A stretch of DNA of 64,000 nt from Isurus oxyrinchus (GCA_026770705.1 JANJGN010000301.1:62001-126000); one strand, 5' to 3'. Positions 48,888 through 62,460 are shown, counted from the stretch's first letter. Program-made: numbers and translations. Notes: generated from the sequence alone by a model not told the origin.

Positions 48888-49420
48888 TAAGCTATTGAAG
48901 ATGGCACAGCATGTTGAGAGAGCAGTTAATAAAGCATACAGTATCTTAGGCTTTATTAATAGGGGCATTGTGGAAAAGAGTAATGAGGTCATGTTGAACA
49001 TTTGTAAGACACTAGTTAGGTTGTTACTACTTCCTTAATAATTGACTCTAGCATTTTACAAGTGACAGATGTTACGCAGAGTGGCACAGGGTTTCCTAGG
49101 ACGTGGGATGGGGGGTGGGGGGGGTGGGTGGGGGTGGGGGTGGGCATAATCGCAGAGTAATGGGGCCCCCCACTTAAAATAGAGATGAGGAGGAATCTAT
49201 TCTCTCAGAGGGTCGTCAATCTGTGGAATTGTTTACCAAAGAGGCTAGGTCGTTAAATATATCCAAGGTTGAGAAATACAGTAAGTAAGTGAATCATGGG
49301 TGATAGTGGAAAGACAGGAAAGTGGAGTTGAGGATTATCAGAATAGCCATGATCTCACTGAATGGCGGACCTAGACTCGATGGGCCGAATGGCCTACTTC
49401 TGCTCCTAAGTCTTATGGTC
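48640..49420 (+). mobile_element. CR1 LINE fragment containing (TA)n at about 48846-48882
   Basis: VHKLLKMAQHVERAVNKAYSILGFINRGI...EVMLNICKTLVR is typical of the CR1 ORF2 C-terminus. Confidence 0.8.
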
Positions 49421-50699
49421 TTATGTGGTTGCCATGGATTGCAGTGCAAGCCAGTAGCTCACACATGCTGCAGCCGAGACACATCACCTCTCCTGCCATC
49501 TTTATTGAGCGAATTACATTTATTTTGATTAATTAATTTGTATCTTCACTGAACACCCTCACTCACCAAACTTACGCCTTCACACATTGTATATTCAGGC
49601 AACAATCAATGCTGACCACTCAGTGTAATGTGATATAAAAAGAGGTACACCCTAGTGCAGCAACTATAGTAATATCACGATATAGAATTACAACAATCGA
49701 TCTTACTTACCTTTTGAGTCTCCTAGAAATATTACTCCTAAGCAGTCGCTCTGAATTGAAGAAAATATTGCCTGCGGCATTCTGATTGCTTCCACCAGGT
49801 GGCAGCAACACCTCAGAAACGGATAATTCTTTTCAATATGTCCGAAAGTCTTTAACACTGAGGGACATTTAAACAGGCTCATCAAATTATTCGAATCGTC
49901 TCGAGCTGGCGGACTTCTGCTTCCCCTGCAGGCCGGTAGAAACAACCAATTATTGCAGCCATGTCAGAAGAAGCGGGAAACCAACTGAACTGGCACCAGG
50001 AAAGCGGGTGGGAGTGTGTTTTCTTAATGGGAATAAGGAGCAGCCAATTCTCATTCCGTTCATGCAATCATCAAAGAGAGAGCCATTGTTCAACATGAAC
50101 GTAATTAGATGGTGCTTATGAGGATTGCCCTAGGGATTTGTGCCCTTTGAGTGTCTTCGGAAGATAATTCCTGAACAACAGTTCTCTGAACTGAAGGAAA
50201 CAATGACGGGGACAATTCTGATTTCTCCCGCAAGATGGCAGCACACTTTCAGGAACTGCTCAGATTACACATGCTCTGTTTTAATATGTCCAAATTTCTT
50301 TTACATTTAGGAACATTTACTGGTTCATATAATTATTACGCCCTTATAGCTTGGAGTACTGCTGTTTCCACTGCAGACTGATGTTTCAGAACAATTATTC
50401 CTTCTCTGTTTGCCACGAACTGCCTCTGAAGCTAAACTGGTAGAACGGTTCCAGGAAAGGGTCTGGAGATAGTTTTGGGAAATGGGGAATGGCGAGCAGC
50501 CAATTCAGCCCCCATAACGTTAATGCAATCATCAGGAAGAGGGTCAGCATTCAAAGGGACCGATTTCAGATGCAGTTTTTGTTGTTCTTGTTCTTGTGCT
50601 TGTTTTATTGCTAGTAGGAATGGATTCACGTGACAGTGTCTGACCCGCTGTGATAAACAGCCCTCAACAGAGAGAAGCTGTAACCCAGAAAGCTGCAGC

Positions 50700-51728
50700 A
50701 GTTATTGAACGAGGAACAATCGCTATGAGACTCAGTGCACAGTAATATACTGCGGTGTCAGACAGCCGCAGCTCCGAGAAGGTCAATCGGTACAATCTGT
50801 CTGTCTGCTGGAATGTATCAGAAAACCGGCTCTAAGCAAAATCCGCCTTAAATTCAGAATCACCGCCCATGTGTCTCTGGAGTGCAAACTCGGGCTGTCT
50901 GTCTGGGTATTGACAGCACCAGGATAAGTAATAACCATCGCCGGTAAAGATGCAGGTTAAAGCGACATCTTCTCGCTCTGCCTGTGTGAGCGAGGATTCG
51001 CGCTGAGTAACAGAATCTCCATCGCTCAGATCTGGAACACACGGTCAAAGGAAGAGGAAATCAGAGAGTATTACTTCAATTGAACTGAACTGACAGCAAT
51101 AGTTCACAGACAGTGTTATATTGATGTAGATATAATTCAGATGATAGAAAAGGTTATTGGGCACAACTGGTGTCTGTGGGTGTTTACAATCACCAGGAGT
51201 ACCTTCCATCACTCTTCATTTTCTCTCTCAACATATCCTTCTCTTCATTCCCCCAGCACCTGTCCAATTATATTAGGGATACTATTCACCCGAAACCCTC
51301 TTTGTGAAGGTGAATTCAACACTTTAACCGTTCCATGGGAATAAACCTTCTCCTGAATCCCACTTTGGATAACTTTTCCCACTTCTGTATTTGTGGCTCG
51401 TAGCTTTATAATCTGTGACATGTGGAAAGATTTTCCATTTCAACCCCATCAAACTCCTTCAGCCATTTACAGATCTCTCCCACCTTGTCCCTCAGTCCTG
51501 ACTTAACTGGGAAGAACAACCCCATCCTCTCCAATTATTCCTCCTGATTTTCTATCTCCTTTTGGTAATACTGCAAATGTGGTCCAACAACCGGTCGGTA
51601 AAAGGATTACATTAACTCTCTGCTTTTCACATTGATTCATCCAGAAATTAATATTCTTTTTTATAAACGTTTCATCCTCTTATCGACAATGAATGCCCCC
51701 AGGCTACAGCGAGAACGGAGAGCCTCGT
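50700..51728 (-). pseudogene. TCR V pseudogene (family C) with spacer shortened to 12 bp
   Basis: Paralog of 8201-9275 with ATG>ACG, donor GT>AT and a TAG in FR3. RSS CATAGCG (50721-50727), 12 bp, TCAATAACT (50700-50708). Confidence 0.88.
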
Positions 51729-53695
51729 TGCTGCTGCTCCATAATCCCAGGGGCTTCTCTGTGTCTCAGAGAGTTGCAGTATATCCAATCAAAAAGCACT
51801 GGCGTCACTTTCCTATAGGTCCGATGTCGCTCCCTGCGGAACACCAAATAGAAACAGCTGGGAGGGTGGGCAGATCTCACTTCCATGGGCTAAATTGATA
51901 GACTCCAAACATAAAGGCCGTGACCGGCTGATCAGAACCAAATAAAATGTGCACACAAAGCCGATGGAACTCTAATTGATCTGAGGGGCATCCTGACCTA
52001 TAACTGAACCACATGCAGGCCAGAACGACAGATTTCATTCCCTAAAGTGGCATTAGATTCTCTTTTTTACGGCAGACTTCCATTGAATGAGGATAACATT
52101 AGAATTCCAATTTCCTGATCAGGTGTCATGGGTCGAACCCGGGAACAAAGAGCATCACGCTGGTGTTAGTCCAGTTACAAGACCATTATGCCGATGCCTC
52201 TCCTCGAATGCGCTGTGATTAACAGGAGCGGGTCTAAAGTATAGATCCTGCGGTTTAGATTTGCCTCAGTGGTAAGGCCCTGGCATCTGAGGCAGTAGAG
52301 CCTGTTTCTAAATCTTGTTGCAGCGATTTGAGCTCAAAATTTAGGGCGCTGCTGCCAGTCCCGTTACTGAAAGAGGTTTGACGCTCCTGGAGGTTCCCTC
52401 TTCCATTTGAGATGCGGAAGCAGGAACCCAATTGGCTCGATTAGGTGCACATGTCATGGGTGGCACTTGAAAAAAAGGGAGGGTTTGGGGGTTATCCTGA
52501 AAACGAGGCAAATATTCAACTGCCAGTGAAAATCATTGAATTCCGCCCAGCCCTACCTCCTAACAGCAATGTGGGTATACCTACACCACATGGACTGCAG
52601 CGGTTCAAGAAGGCAGCTCACCACCACCTTCTCAAGAGCAACAAGGAATGGGCAATAAATGCTGGCCCAGCCAGTGACACCCACATCCCGCGAATGAATA
52701 ACAAATAAATAGTGAACGTGCCTTCCAGGAGCCCGTAAAAAGACCTCACACCGAGGTCAATGCCCACTAGAGGGCTTCCTCACACCAATGAGGAGGAGGG
52801 GTCATTCAAACTCCACAGCGAGTGTCAGGGAGACCTGCCTGATATATCAGTAAACAGCGCAGCACTGAGTTGTGAGATGCTGAAGGATTTTCACACTTGT
52901 TAGATCTTGGAAATTCCTTTCCTTACACGCAGCCTTCTCCCTTTATGCATATTGTGCCCATTGAATGCAGGTGAGAATTAATTCTGGATTTATATTTGTT
53001 TATTTCGACTTGCAATATAAACCAAAGTTGAATGTCATAAATGCACCACGTCTTTTAAAAAAATCTTTTCCTGCCCTGTCAGCAGCTATTTCTCTATCTC
53101 CATCTCCCCTGACAGTTTTAGGGAAACAAGGCCTGTTCACATGATATGGTGAATCTAAGTGTCTTATTGGATCATAATCAGTTTCTCCACAGTCAGACGA
53201 TCTTGCAAATTAGTGACTGTGGTCATTGAAACAAACCCAAGCATAGACCGCCCTCAGTGCCCATTGTGCTTCAGGGCATCTTCCTAATGCTGGGACATTT
53301 GTTCCTCCATTAACATTGCTTTCCAGTTGATTAGCCAGGCGTTCCCATTTCCACCCAGGTCTCGAACACCAGAACCATTACTCCAAACAGGCCATTGAGT
53401 GCAGCCGAACTCAAGGTGTTCCAGTTCACTGACATGCAGCTCAACATCGACCGTTCTCACCTGGCAGCAAGTTAGTGAGGGTGGGGATGTGAATGGCTCT
53501 CTCCCAATAGGATTCCCTTCTGTGTCTCTCTGCCCGATGCGAAGATGCAGATTTATTCTCTTAACGTCTCTTAGAAAACTGCTGTGTGACAGTTCGATCA
53601 GAGGTTCATTTGGTTTCCTCCTGGTGTGTGTGTTGAGCGGCTAAATGTGCCCGAGATTCACCACAATGCGCAACAGTCATTGAATCCCCCTCCGC

Positions 53696-54186
53696 AGTTC
53701 TTGTACAGGGGTGAGGCTGCATTCTGTCACTATGAGTGCCAGAAAGCGCAGTAATACACTGCAGACCCGCTGATGGATAAGTAGATGATTTTGTTGGAGA
53801 TTTGAAGGTCAGGAAAGAAGCGAGTTTCAGCAAAATCTGCTTTAAATTCATCACCATCACTATCCTTTCTGAGCGTATACTAGGGATGTGTGTCTGGGTG
53901 TTGTTGGTACCAGAATAGACTATACCTGCTTGCTGTATGATCGTAGCTACAGGTCAGTGTCACCGGTTCTCCTTCTGCCTTAACACACGGGGGCAGCGGC
54001 TGAGTGACTGAATCTCTATCGCAGAGATCTGAAAACAAAACAAAATCAGGCAATATATGAACGGTGGCTGATTAAAACATGACTTGAACCATGACGAGGA
54101 AACGGGAGCAAAGTTGACTTGATGTTAAGTCCACAATTGCCTGTGATCAATAATCCCCAAAGAACCAAAGTGCCGAGTAGATGCAT
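53696..54186 (-). pseudogene. TCR alpha/delta V pseudogene
   Basis: Leader 54141-54186 MHLLGTLVLWGLLIT|gc. V exon DSVTQPLPP...LTCSY...LFWYQQHPDTHP* has an FR3 deletion and ends AVYYCAFWH. RSS CATAGTG (53728-53734), 23 bp, ACAAGAACT. Confidence 0.88.
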
Positions 54187-54230
54187 TGTCGCTGTCCGGT
54201 CTATAAAAGGGCGGTCGGCTATTTGAAGGC

Positions 54231-54505
54231 ACCCATTCTGAACCCCGCCCTCAATAATCTGATGACGTATCTCAGGTGAAAACACGCAATCTAAACCCTG
54301 CCTTCAACAATCTAATGATGAATCGCACGTGAAAATACCCATTCAAAACCCCACCCTCAATAATCTGATGATGTGTCTCACGTGCAGGAACCCATTCTGA
54401 AACCCGCCCTCAATGATCTGATGACGTGCCTCAGGTGAAAACACCAATTCTAAACCCCGCCCTCAATAACCTGATGACGTGCCTCAGGTGAGGACACCCG
54501 TTCTA
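54231..54505. repeat. Tandem array (about 53 bp x5) of a V-promoter module
   Basis: Unit aaccccgccctcaataatctgatgacgt..ctcaggtgaaaacacccattct contains a GC box, a CRE half-site and an E-box. 54511-54583 repeats the proximal promoter at 54182-54260. Confidence 0.85.
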
Positions 54506-55264
54506 ACCCCTGCATTGTCGCTCTGTAAAAGGGCAGTCGGATATTTGAGAAAACCTGTTCTAAAGCCCATCCTCAATAATCTGCTCTCGTGACTCAGGAT
54601 AGTCCCGCCTCACTCCTTTGTGCCGCCAGTGGTGCTGGGTGTGGAGCTGACTGCTAGTGAATGGATACGCCCCGAGCTGGACTGCAAGCACTCTGCTCAC
54701 AGACAGGATGGTTCCTAATTTATAGTTAGTGTTGCGGATCAAACACTTGCCTGGTTCTTGTGACTCCGGACAAGTATCTGTTGTTTTGCAAAGGAAATCA
54801 GAAGGATTGCTTTAAACATCGCTGGGAACTACCCTCCGCCCCGCCGGTGTGTCCTCGCGCTATGAGCCACGCACTGCTACAAAGATTAACCAGATCCCGT
54901 ACAATGAAACATCCCTTGTCACACCAAAATATTGCACTAAAGTTACTGCACTTCCAGATCTTGTAGTTCGGATAAAATTTCACCAATCAGAGACGTTAGC
55001 TCTGATCCTCTCTCCACTGGGAGGCAGCCTATCCGGCTAACCTTTACTTTTCCAGAATTTTCTGCTCTTTTATTTCAGATTCGCAGCATTTGTGGTTCTC
55101 AGCTTTTCGTGTGCGATTTGAACGGAACCCCTGCTGTGTTTAACTTCTCTCTATCCTGTGGGGATTATATTTTATCGATTCTAACGCCTACTGTTTATTG
55201 GACACTGCACATGGAAATCCTTCGTATTTAGAGTCTGGAAGAAAATAGACCTTCTAAACATTTG

Positions 55265-55500
55265 CTTTTATTCGTTCCTGGGATGTTGGCATCGCTGATT
55301 AGGCCAGCATTTAGTGCCTAGCTCCAATTGCCCTGGTTCAAGGGCATTTAAGAGTCAACCACATTGATGTGGCCCACGAGTCGGATGTAGGCCAGTCCAG
55401 GTAAGGGCAGCGGATTTACGTCCCTTAGGGACATTAGTGAACCAAATGGGCTTATTAATGGCAATCGGCAATGGTTCCATGGTCATCATTAGGTTTTTAT
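55265..55500 (-). mobile_element. HE1-like SINE fragment
   Basis: Matches 660-900 and the reverse complement of 22380-22560. Confidence 0.65.
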
Positions 55501-55904
55501 TTACAGATTATTTAGAGAACTCAAATTGCGCAGTGAACCCAGTTTCGAAGAGCCAGCGTGTTTTCCAGGGTTACTCCCTGACTTTTGAAATATTCTATTT
55601 TTGTCTTTCAGGAAAAAATGGCGAATAATCAGGTTCTGAACACCTTTCAGAATGAAGAGATTGTCAATTGTCCTGGGTATCACTGCACTGTGGTTACTCG
55701 CCAACCTCTGCCAAATCTCTTTTGCCATGTCCAATAGCGCTTGGAAGCTCTAAGATGTTCACTGAGTATTGTAGCTCGGTGACGGGTAAATGCTTCCACA
55801 TGTCCCAGTCATGGCGTCTGCTGTTTTACACAATGAAAACGAAATGGTTCCCTTAATATGCAGCCCTTCAATTCGACATCGCCGTTTGCTGCTGTGCTGG
55901 ACAC

Positions 55905-56034
55905 NNNNNNNNNNNNNNNNNNNNNNNNNNNNNNNNNNNNNNNNNNNNNNNNNNNNNNNNNNNNNNNNNNNNNNNNNNNNNNNNNNNNNNNNNNNNNNNN
56001 NNNNNNNNNNNNNNNNNNNNNNNNNNNNNNNNNN
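55905..56034. other. Assembly gap (N run) next to CA-rich repeat 56035-56480
   Basis: Run of n characters. Confidence 0.99.
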
Positions 56035-57683
56035 ACTCTGCTGGACACTGTCACAATCACATACACATGCACACACACGCAAACACACACACATGCACTC
56101 AATCACACGCACTCTCTCACACACACACTCACATGCAGACACACACACTCCTTCAGTCCCTTCCCTCTGCTGTGCACTGTCATGATCATACACACACACA
56201 CCCTCACACACCTTTAGCAATCTACTCTCTGCTGCGACTGCCATAATCACACATACACATACGCACACACATACGCACACACACACATACACACACACGC
56301 ACAAAGGGATGCACAATTTTAGCAATCTACACTCTGCTGGACACCGTCATAATCACCCTTAGGCACATCTTTGGCAATTTACCCTCTGCTGGACACTAAC
56401 ATAATCACACACACAAGCACACATGCAGACATTTAGCAACCTGTCCTCTGCTGGACACTTTCATAACCACACAAACATACAACACCTCCTGGAAGTTCCC
56501 CTCCAAGCCACACACCAAACTAACTTGGAAATATGTCAGCCGTTCCTGCACTGTCGCTGGGTGAAGTTCCAGGAACTCCCCCACTATCAGCACTGTCCGT
56601 TTGTCTACACCACAAGTTCAGCAGTGGTTCAAGAAGGCAGCTTACCACCACCTTCTCAAGAGCAATAAGGGAATGGCGATAAATGCTCATCCAGCTAGCG
56701 GCTCCCACACCCCATAAATGAATGAAAATACTCATCCTGCAGTTGGTCAAGTCAGCAGCGAGCGACCTCCACTGGAGAACATCGGAACACCGCACGGGTA
56801 TACAGATAAACATACAAGAGCAAACATACATATACATTCAAATAGCCACATTAGGTGGCCACAAAAGATGCTCCTGATATTTTTTCGTTAAGTTTCAGAA
56901 ACTGCGAGAGCGCAATTTCCCTCATATCGCTACTAGAGACTCATTCATCAATTTGAAGTTTTCATTGCAGCAGTGTACACCCACAGTGCTGTTAGGGAGG
57001 GAGACCCAGGATTTTGACGCAGCAACAATGAAGGAACGGCGATATATTTCCAAGTCAGGATGGTGAGTGATTTGGAGGGGAACTTCCAGGTGATGGTGTT
57101 CCCATCTATCTGCTGCCCTTGTCCTTCTAGATTCCATGGCCGCGGGTTTGGAATGTGCTGTCGAAAGAGACTTGGTGAGTTCCAGCAGTGCATTTTGTAG
57201 ATACCATTCTGAAGCCATTCAGTGTATTGTTAGAGGAGATTGATCAAGGAATGAAAGACAAACAGAGACCGCTTACTTTATCCTGTGGAAATTTAGCTCC
57301 GTTTCATTCTTGATTTGAAACGTTGAATCTAGTGATTTCGCACAAAACATCAACAAGCTCACAGCAATAGATTGCTTTTAACTGACTTCATTCACTGCAA
57401 TAATACAAACTTAACCGTTGGACACTAAGAAATTAAATTCCTCACATACACTTCAGGTATTTAAACTTAACATAGGAGATAACTGGTGAATTATTCAATA
57501 GGAGCAGCTGATCCCAGATGTATTGATTAACACGTTATTTTCAACAGTTACCAGGCTTACGAGGCCATTACATAACAAGGGAGCTGTTGCTAATTTCCAG
57601 AGGTATACAATTAAACAGCAGAAATAGTATATCAATCTCTAATGCATCCCTGGTTTTCTCACACATCTTTACCAATCCAACCC

Positions 57684-57814
57684 NNNNNNNNNNNNNNNNN
57701 NNNNNNNNNNNNNNNNNNNNNNNNNNNNNNNNNNNNNNNNNNNNNNNNNNNNNNNNNNNNNNNNNNNNNNNNNNNNNNNNNNNNNNNNNNNNNNNNNNNN
57801 NNNNNNNNNNNNNN
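57684..57814. other. Assembly gap (N run)
   Basis: Run of n characters. Confidence 0.99.
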
Positions 57815-58414
57815 ACAATTAGCCCATCATATTTGATGTTTCCGGGTGAAATCACGGACACATCAATCCCAGGTCCTTTCGGGTTCTAACAAATGTGTCC
57901 GGCCACAGCATCAACGCCATTAACCTTTCAGATCTTTGTCAGATGACACTATAAGGCAATACTATAATTTTTCTTTGTTGTACTGACAAAGGGTTACTCG
58001 AGGTGGTGAGGATGAAAGTAATTAACCCGATGATTGAGAAGAATGAGAGTCGTTCTACAGGATCGGTAACCATTTTCCACATGTGCCTCTTCCTGCAGTC
58101 ATACACCCAGGTGTCTGAAACTGCCGTTTCTTACCTACAAAGAGTGTTAAAATCATTTTCCTGTCAAGACACTTTCCAAACCGTTCGGTTTCCTCGGTTA
58201 CTCTGCCCTGATAGAGGGAGATTATGAATTCTGCTGTGGGGAATGATAATTTCCAGTACCACGGAATCCAATCATTCCTGGTATTCGGATTTGAGCCTCT
58301 TTCCCCACCTGCGCCGTCCCCTGCTCGCTTAGGGATATACTATCTGCACCACAGGCCGCTGTAAATGCAAACTAATCATGCAAAACAATCGTTATCATCC
58401 AACTTATTTTTCTT

Positions 58415-58738
58415 AAGTCAGAACAGCTCCATGGAAATATAAGGGTGAAAGCCCCAGCAGGGTACATTATAGTTCAGATATTGGTTCTGAAATACCAGCA
58501 GGATATTTTTCCTGGAAAACCATCTGGATCGGTGCTTGATTCACATTTTAATGTTTTGAAGTGCCAGCGACTGGCAAACGCGAGGCCTGTGATGTTTGTT
58601 CTTACGACCGTTTGTCGCCTGTGCCATTATCAGAGAGCTGCATGTTTATTAACACTCTCCCTCGGTATCCCAATAAGTGATTCTGCCCCTGACATGTGAT
58701 CACTCTTTAATATCAGAGCAAAAATACCTAAAAAAACT
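58415..58738 (+). pseudogene. Possible highly decayed V relic
   Basis: LSQNSSMEI/KGES...DRLS...LLTLSLGIPISDSA followed by CACTCTT (58701-58707), 22 bp, AAAAAAACT. Confidence 0.35.
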
Positions 58739-59249
58739 TTCTACGTTCAGTTATTCCCTGTCAAAATCGAAATCAGATGCTCTCCGCGTCCCTTTATTGT
58801 AACAATTGTCGTGTTATATGCTGAGTCTAGGTAAAAATCGCCGTTGTATATTTCATATGCTACATCTAGTCCCAGACTTGGATAAATTCTATATTTTATT
58901 ACAGGAATGAATGGCGAAGAATGTCCTCCGGTCTGCCTGAGTTAACGGCCTGGAAGAACATTTCATAATGTTAGGCTTTAGTTACTGAATATCTGAGAAC
59001 CTTCTCTACCTCTGTTCACACATCAATATTCCGGGTGAACTTCGAGACATTTACTGAGTAGATAGAGCTCCGGACATGAAGATAAGGCTCAAGATTTCCC
59101 AGACCTGTTCCCTGTTGATGTGGAGAAGGACAAAAACAGCAATGCAATTGTTTGATAAACAAACCTGCTAATCTTTGTTCTCAGTCGGCTTTGTTTCCCG
59201 CAGATGAAAGAGCCAAAGAGAAATTAATGGAGCTGTGAACACTCGCTGA

Positions 59250-59826
59250 GCTTACTGTCCGGGTTCTTCAATTTTATCTGACATTGTGTCTCGCTGCACA
59301 TGAGTTGACTGCCCGGTCCTCCACACCCAGGCTGCTTACATTGAGGTAATCGGGCTGTGCAGCCTGGTCAGCAGCAGCCAGATATCGTTCTCAGATTTTC
59401 AATCCCTTCAGTGCTGCTGCTTTGCTAATGATCCAGCTTGGAGGCTGTGCCGGTTTCTGCCAATACTGTTACATGATGTATAAATACAGGGTTTTATATC
59501 CGCAGTCTCACTTCACCAAACCCCCTTCTGACACGGCCAGTGTCACCAGAGACTGTGTTACTGCATCTGCACATAGTCCACCTGTGAAGTTAGAGGAACA
59601 AAATCCAGGAGGTTAAACCGGATCGATCTAAACCTGTGTTTAGCTGTATGAGTTTATGTAAATTCCCACCTACCAAACTGTCCATAATATGCATATACAG
59701 GATCGCTAACAACATTGAATACCTGTACAAGCTGCAATTGGATCAATGTGTTAATTTGTTTATTTTAATGATGAACGTAATCCAGCATTGACAGTCCAAG
59801 ACAGCTGTCAGTATTATCAGAAATAT
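59250..59826 (-). pseudogene. TCR alpha/delta V pseudogene (family B)
   Basis: GLCADAVTQSLVTLAVSEGGLVK*DCGY...QKPAQPPSWII...YLNVSSLGVEDRAVNSCAAR has several stops and leader ATG>ATA. RSS CACAATG (59282-59288), 23 bp, ACAGTAAGC (59250-59258). Confidence 0.85.
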
Positions 59827-60234
59827 GTCTGACTGAATCTTTCTCAGTGAATGTGAATTCAACGATCCAGAGATTGAGAAGTGGAGAAGGAACCCGGGCT
59901 CTGTTCAGTTCATTGTTCCACGTGCACACTGCAGAGGGCTGGGGCCATTGCAACGTCACTCAAGAAACCATCCCTATTGGCTTTGGTGTTCGTTTCACGA
60001 GACTTGGTGATGCCCTGGACGCCCTCTACTGGCGAAGTGTGTTCGGACCTGTTTAGAATGGGGCCATTGATAAGTGGAATGTGGTCATTGATAGGATCTA
60101 GGGCTTCTTGGTTTTCATATTAAAGGGCCAATGTCAGACAATCTCTCACAGGAATCGAATTTGGACCTGAGTAGTCGTTGTCTGTATAGTTTTTGATGTT
60201 ACTGACAGGAATTGATGCTAAATGTGAGGAGATG

Positions 60235-60490
60235 TTGGAGTGTTGGCAATATCACGGGACTAGTAATCCAGGATCCAGGCCAACACTTTGGGGAACACGG
60301 GTTCAAATCACACCACGACAGCTGATGGAACTTAAATTCAATTAATAAATCTAGAGTATAAAACTAATCTCGGTAATGGTGATAATGAAGTGATGGCATC
60401 GATTGACACCGAATACTTAGTTCACCAATGCCTTTTGGGAAGGAAATTTGGCATCCTTGTCTTGTCTGACCAACACGTGACCGAAGACCC
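60235..60490 (+). mobile_element. HE1-like SINE 5' part
   Basis: tRNA-like head ...ggactagtaatccagga...gggttcaaatcacaccac. Confidence 0.65.
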
Positions 60491-60838
60491 ACTATAGACT
60501 GATATTTCAAAACAAACATTATTTGTTCTTTTTCCCTGGGTTCTTTCCATAACAGCGGTACAGGGAAAAACCTGATTACAGGCGGCCTACAGGGGTTTGT
60601 ATTCTCAATGGGAGTTGCGCGTTTCCAGAGAGCCCAATCAAACAAAAGCCAATTTTGACCTCACACAATGAATACACTAATCAGACTGAATCAGTATTCG
60701 ATGTGAGTGATTTTAGATGGTGTTTATGTGGATTGTGCTCGGGGTCTGCGGGCACAGAATGGATTCACGTGCCAGTGTCTGACCCGTTGTTATAAACAGC
60801 CCTCAGCAGATAGCAACTGCGACCCAGAAAGCTGCAGC

Positions 60839-61770
60839 AGTTGTTGTACGAGGGTTCCGCTCGGTTCCATCGCTGTGAGACTCTGTGCACACTAATAGAC
60901 CGTGGTGTCAGACAGCTGCAGCTCCGAGATGGTCAATCGATACAACTTGCCTAACTGGTGGACTGTATCAGAAATCCGGTCCTGAGCGAAATCTGCCTTC
61001 AGTTCACAACTGCCGCTCTTGTGCCTGCAGATTGCAAACTCGGACTGTATGCCTGGGCCTTGTTGGTACCAGAAATAGTAATAAACGTCGTCAGTATAGC
61101 TGCAGGTTAAAATGACATCTTTTCCCACTGCCTGTGAGGATTCGGCGTGAGTAACAGAATCTCCATGGATCAGATCTGGAAGACACAGTTAATGAAAACG
61201 GAAACCATCGACTAAAAGTTCGACTAAAAAGAACTGACACTGAAAATTTTGCTCATCTTCTCCTTCTGACAGTGAATTCCATATTCTAAAGGAGAAAGAA
61301 GTTTCTCATGAATTCCCCTTTGGGTCTCTCTGTGACTCTTATTTATGAGCCAAAGTTTTGGAATTCTCCTCAACTGTATGCATCTTTCCCATATCTTCCC
61401 GATCGAAACCCCTCCTCATGTTAAAGAGCTCTATCCGGTTACCCATCAGTCTTCTGATTACTCGAGGAAATACGCCCAGTCTCTTCAGTGTTCTTCGAGA
61501 GTTATTATCTCTCAATTCTGGCATCAGCATTGTAATTAATTTTTACATTGTGTTTTATGTCCCTTTATTCTTCTTATAAGGAAGATACCAAGTCTGCAGA
61601 CAATAACTTAAGTGCACTCTAACGTAGGTCCAGCGCTTGATTAACATGAATTCCCCAGTCTTTTTCTTCATATTTATCCCTCCGGAAACTGAAGCCTTCT
61701 TTAAAAATGTTTTAAATTTCTTGCCGACAACGAATGTCACCCAGATCACAGCGAGAACGGAGATTCGCAT
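60839..61770 (-). pseudogene. TCR V pseudogene (family C), single nonsense codon
   Basis: Leader 61725-61770 MRISVLAVIWVTFVV|gc. V exon 60878-61175 is open except TAG just before C104 (VY*CAQS). RSS CACAGCG (60871-60877), 23 bp, ACAACAACT. Confidence 0.9.
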
Positions 61771-62460
61771 TGCAGCTGCTCCGGGGTTCGGGGGACAATT
61801 TGTGCGTCAGAAACACGCAGAATATGAAACAAGAAAAAGCTGAGAACACTGGCTGCTTCTGATCTGATGTCACTCCCTGCAGAACCTGCCAAAGGAAGAG
61901 CTGAGATCACTGATCTCATTGGTCTGATGTCAATTCCATAACCACAAATCTATTGATTTCCGAGAACTAAGACTTTAACGGCGCATTCTGCTGAGCAGAG
62001 AGGCCAGTAAATATAGACCCTTGATGACTAATTGATCTGAGAGATTGCTTGATATCTAATTGACCATCGCCTCAAAAAGTGCACTTGTTCAATGTGGATG
62101 AAGATATTCACGCCCCCGTCCAACGAAATAATAGAATTATTTTTCCCCAATAAAAACTAATCAATCCACCCATCCACCAATCCATCCTGGGTCCACCTGA
62201 GTTAACGGTTCTGTAAGAGCAACACAGAATTATCAGTTATAGGAACTCCACTTCTGAGAGCTTTCTTTGCCTCTGTTGGCAAATCGATATCCGCGTAATT
62301 TGGGAGCTATTTGCCCTATAAAAGGCGGATGAAGATAAGTTTATATATTTCCCAAATCTGCTTCTTTGTGGATTTGGACAAGGACAAACAGAACAATAAA
62401 ACAGCGGTAAATAGACCTGTCTGTTTTGCTCCTCTGGAACCCGGGATCAAAAGCCGCTGA

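Noticed and set aside
54231-54505. CRISPR-like appearance of the tandem arrays here and at 36494-36722
   Set aside because: Vertebrate DNA, units repeat in full with no unique spacers, and no cas genes.
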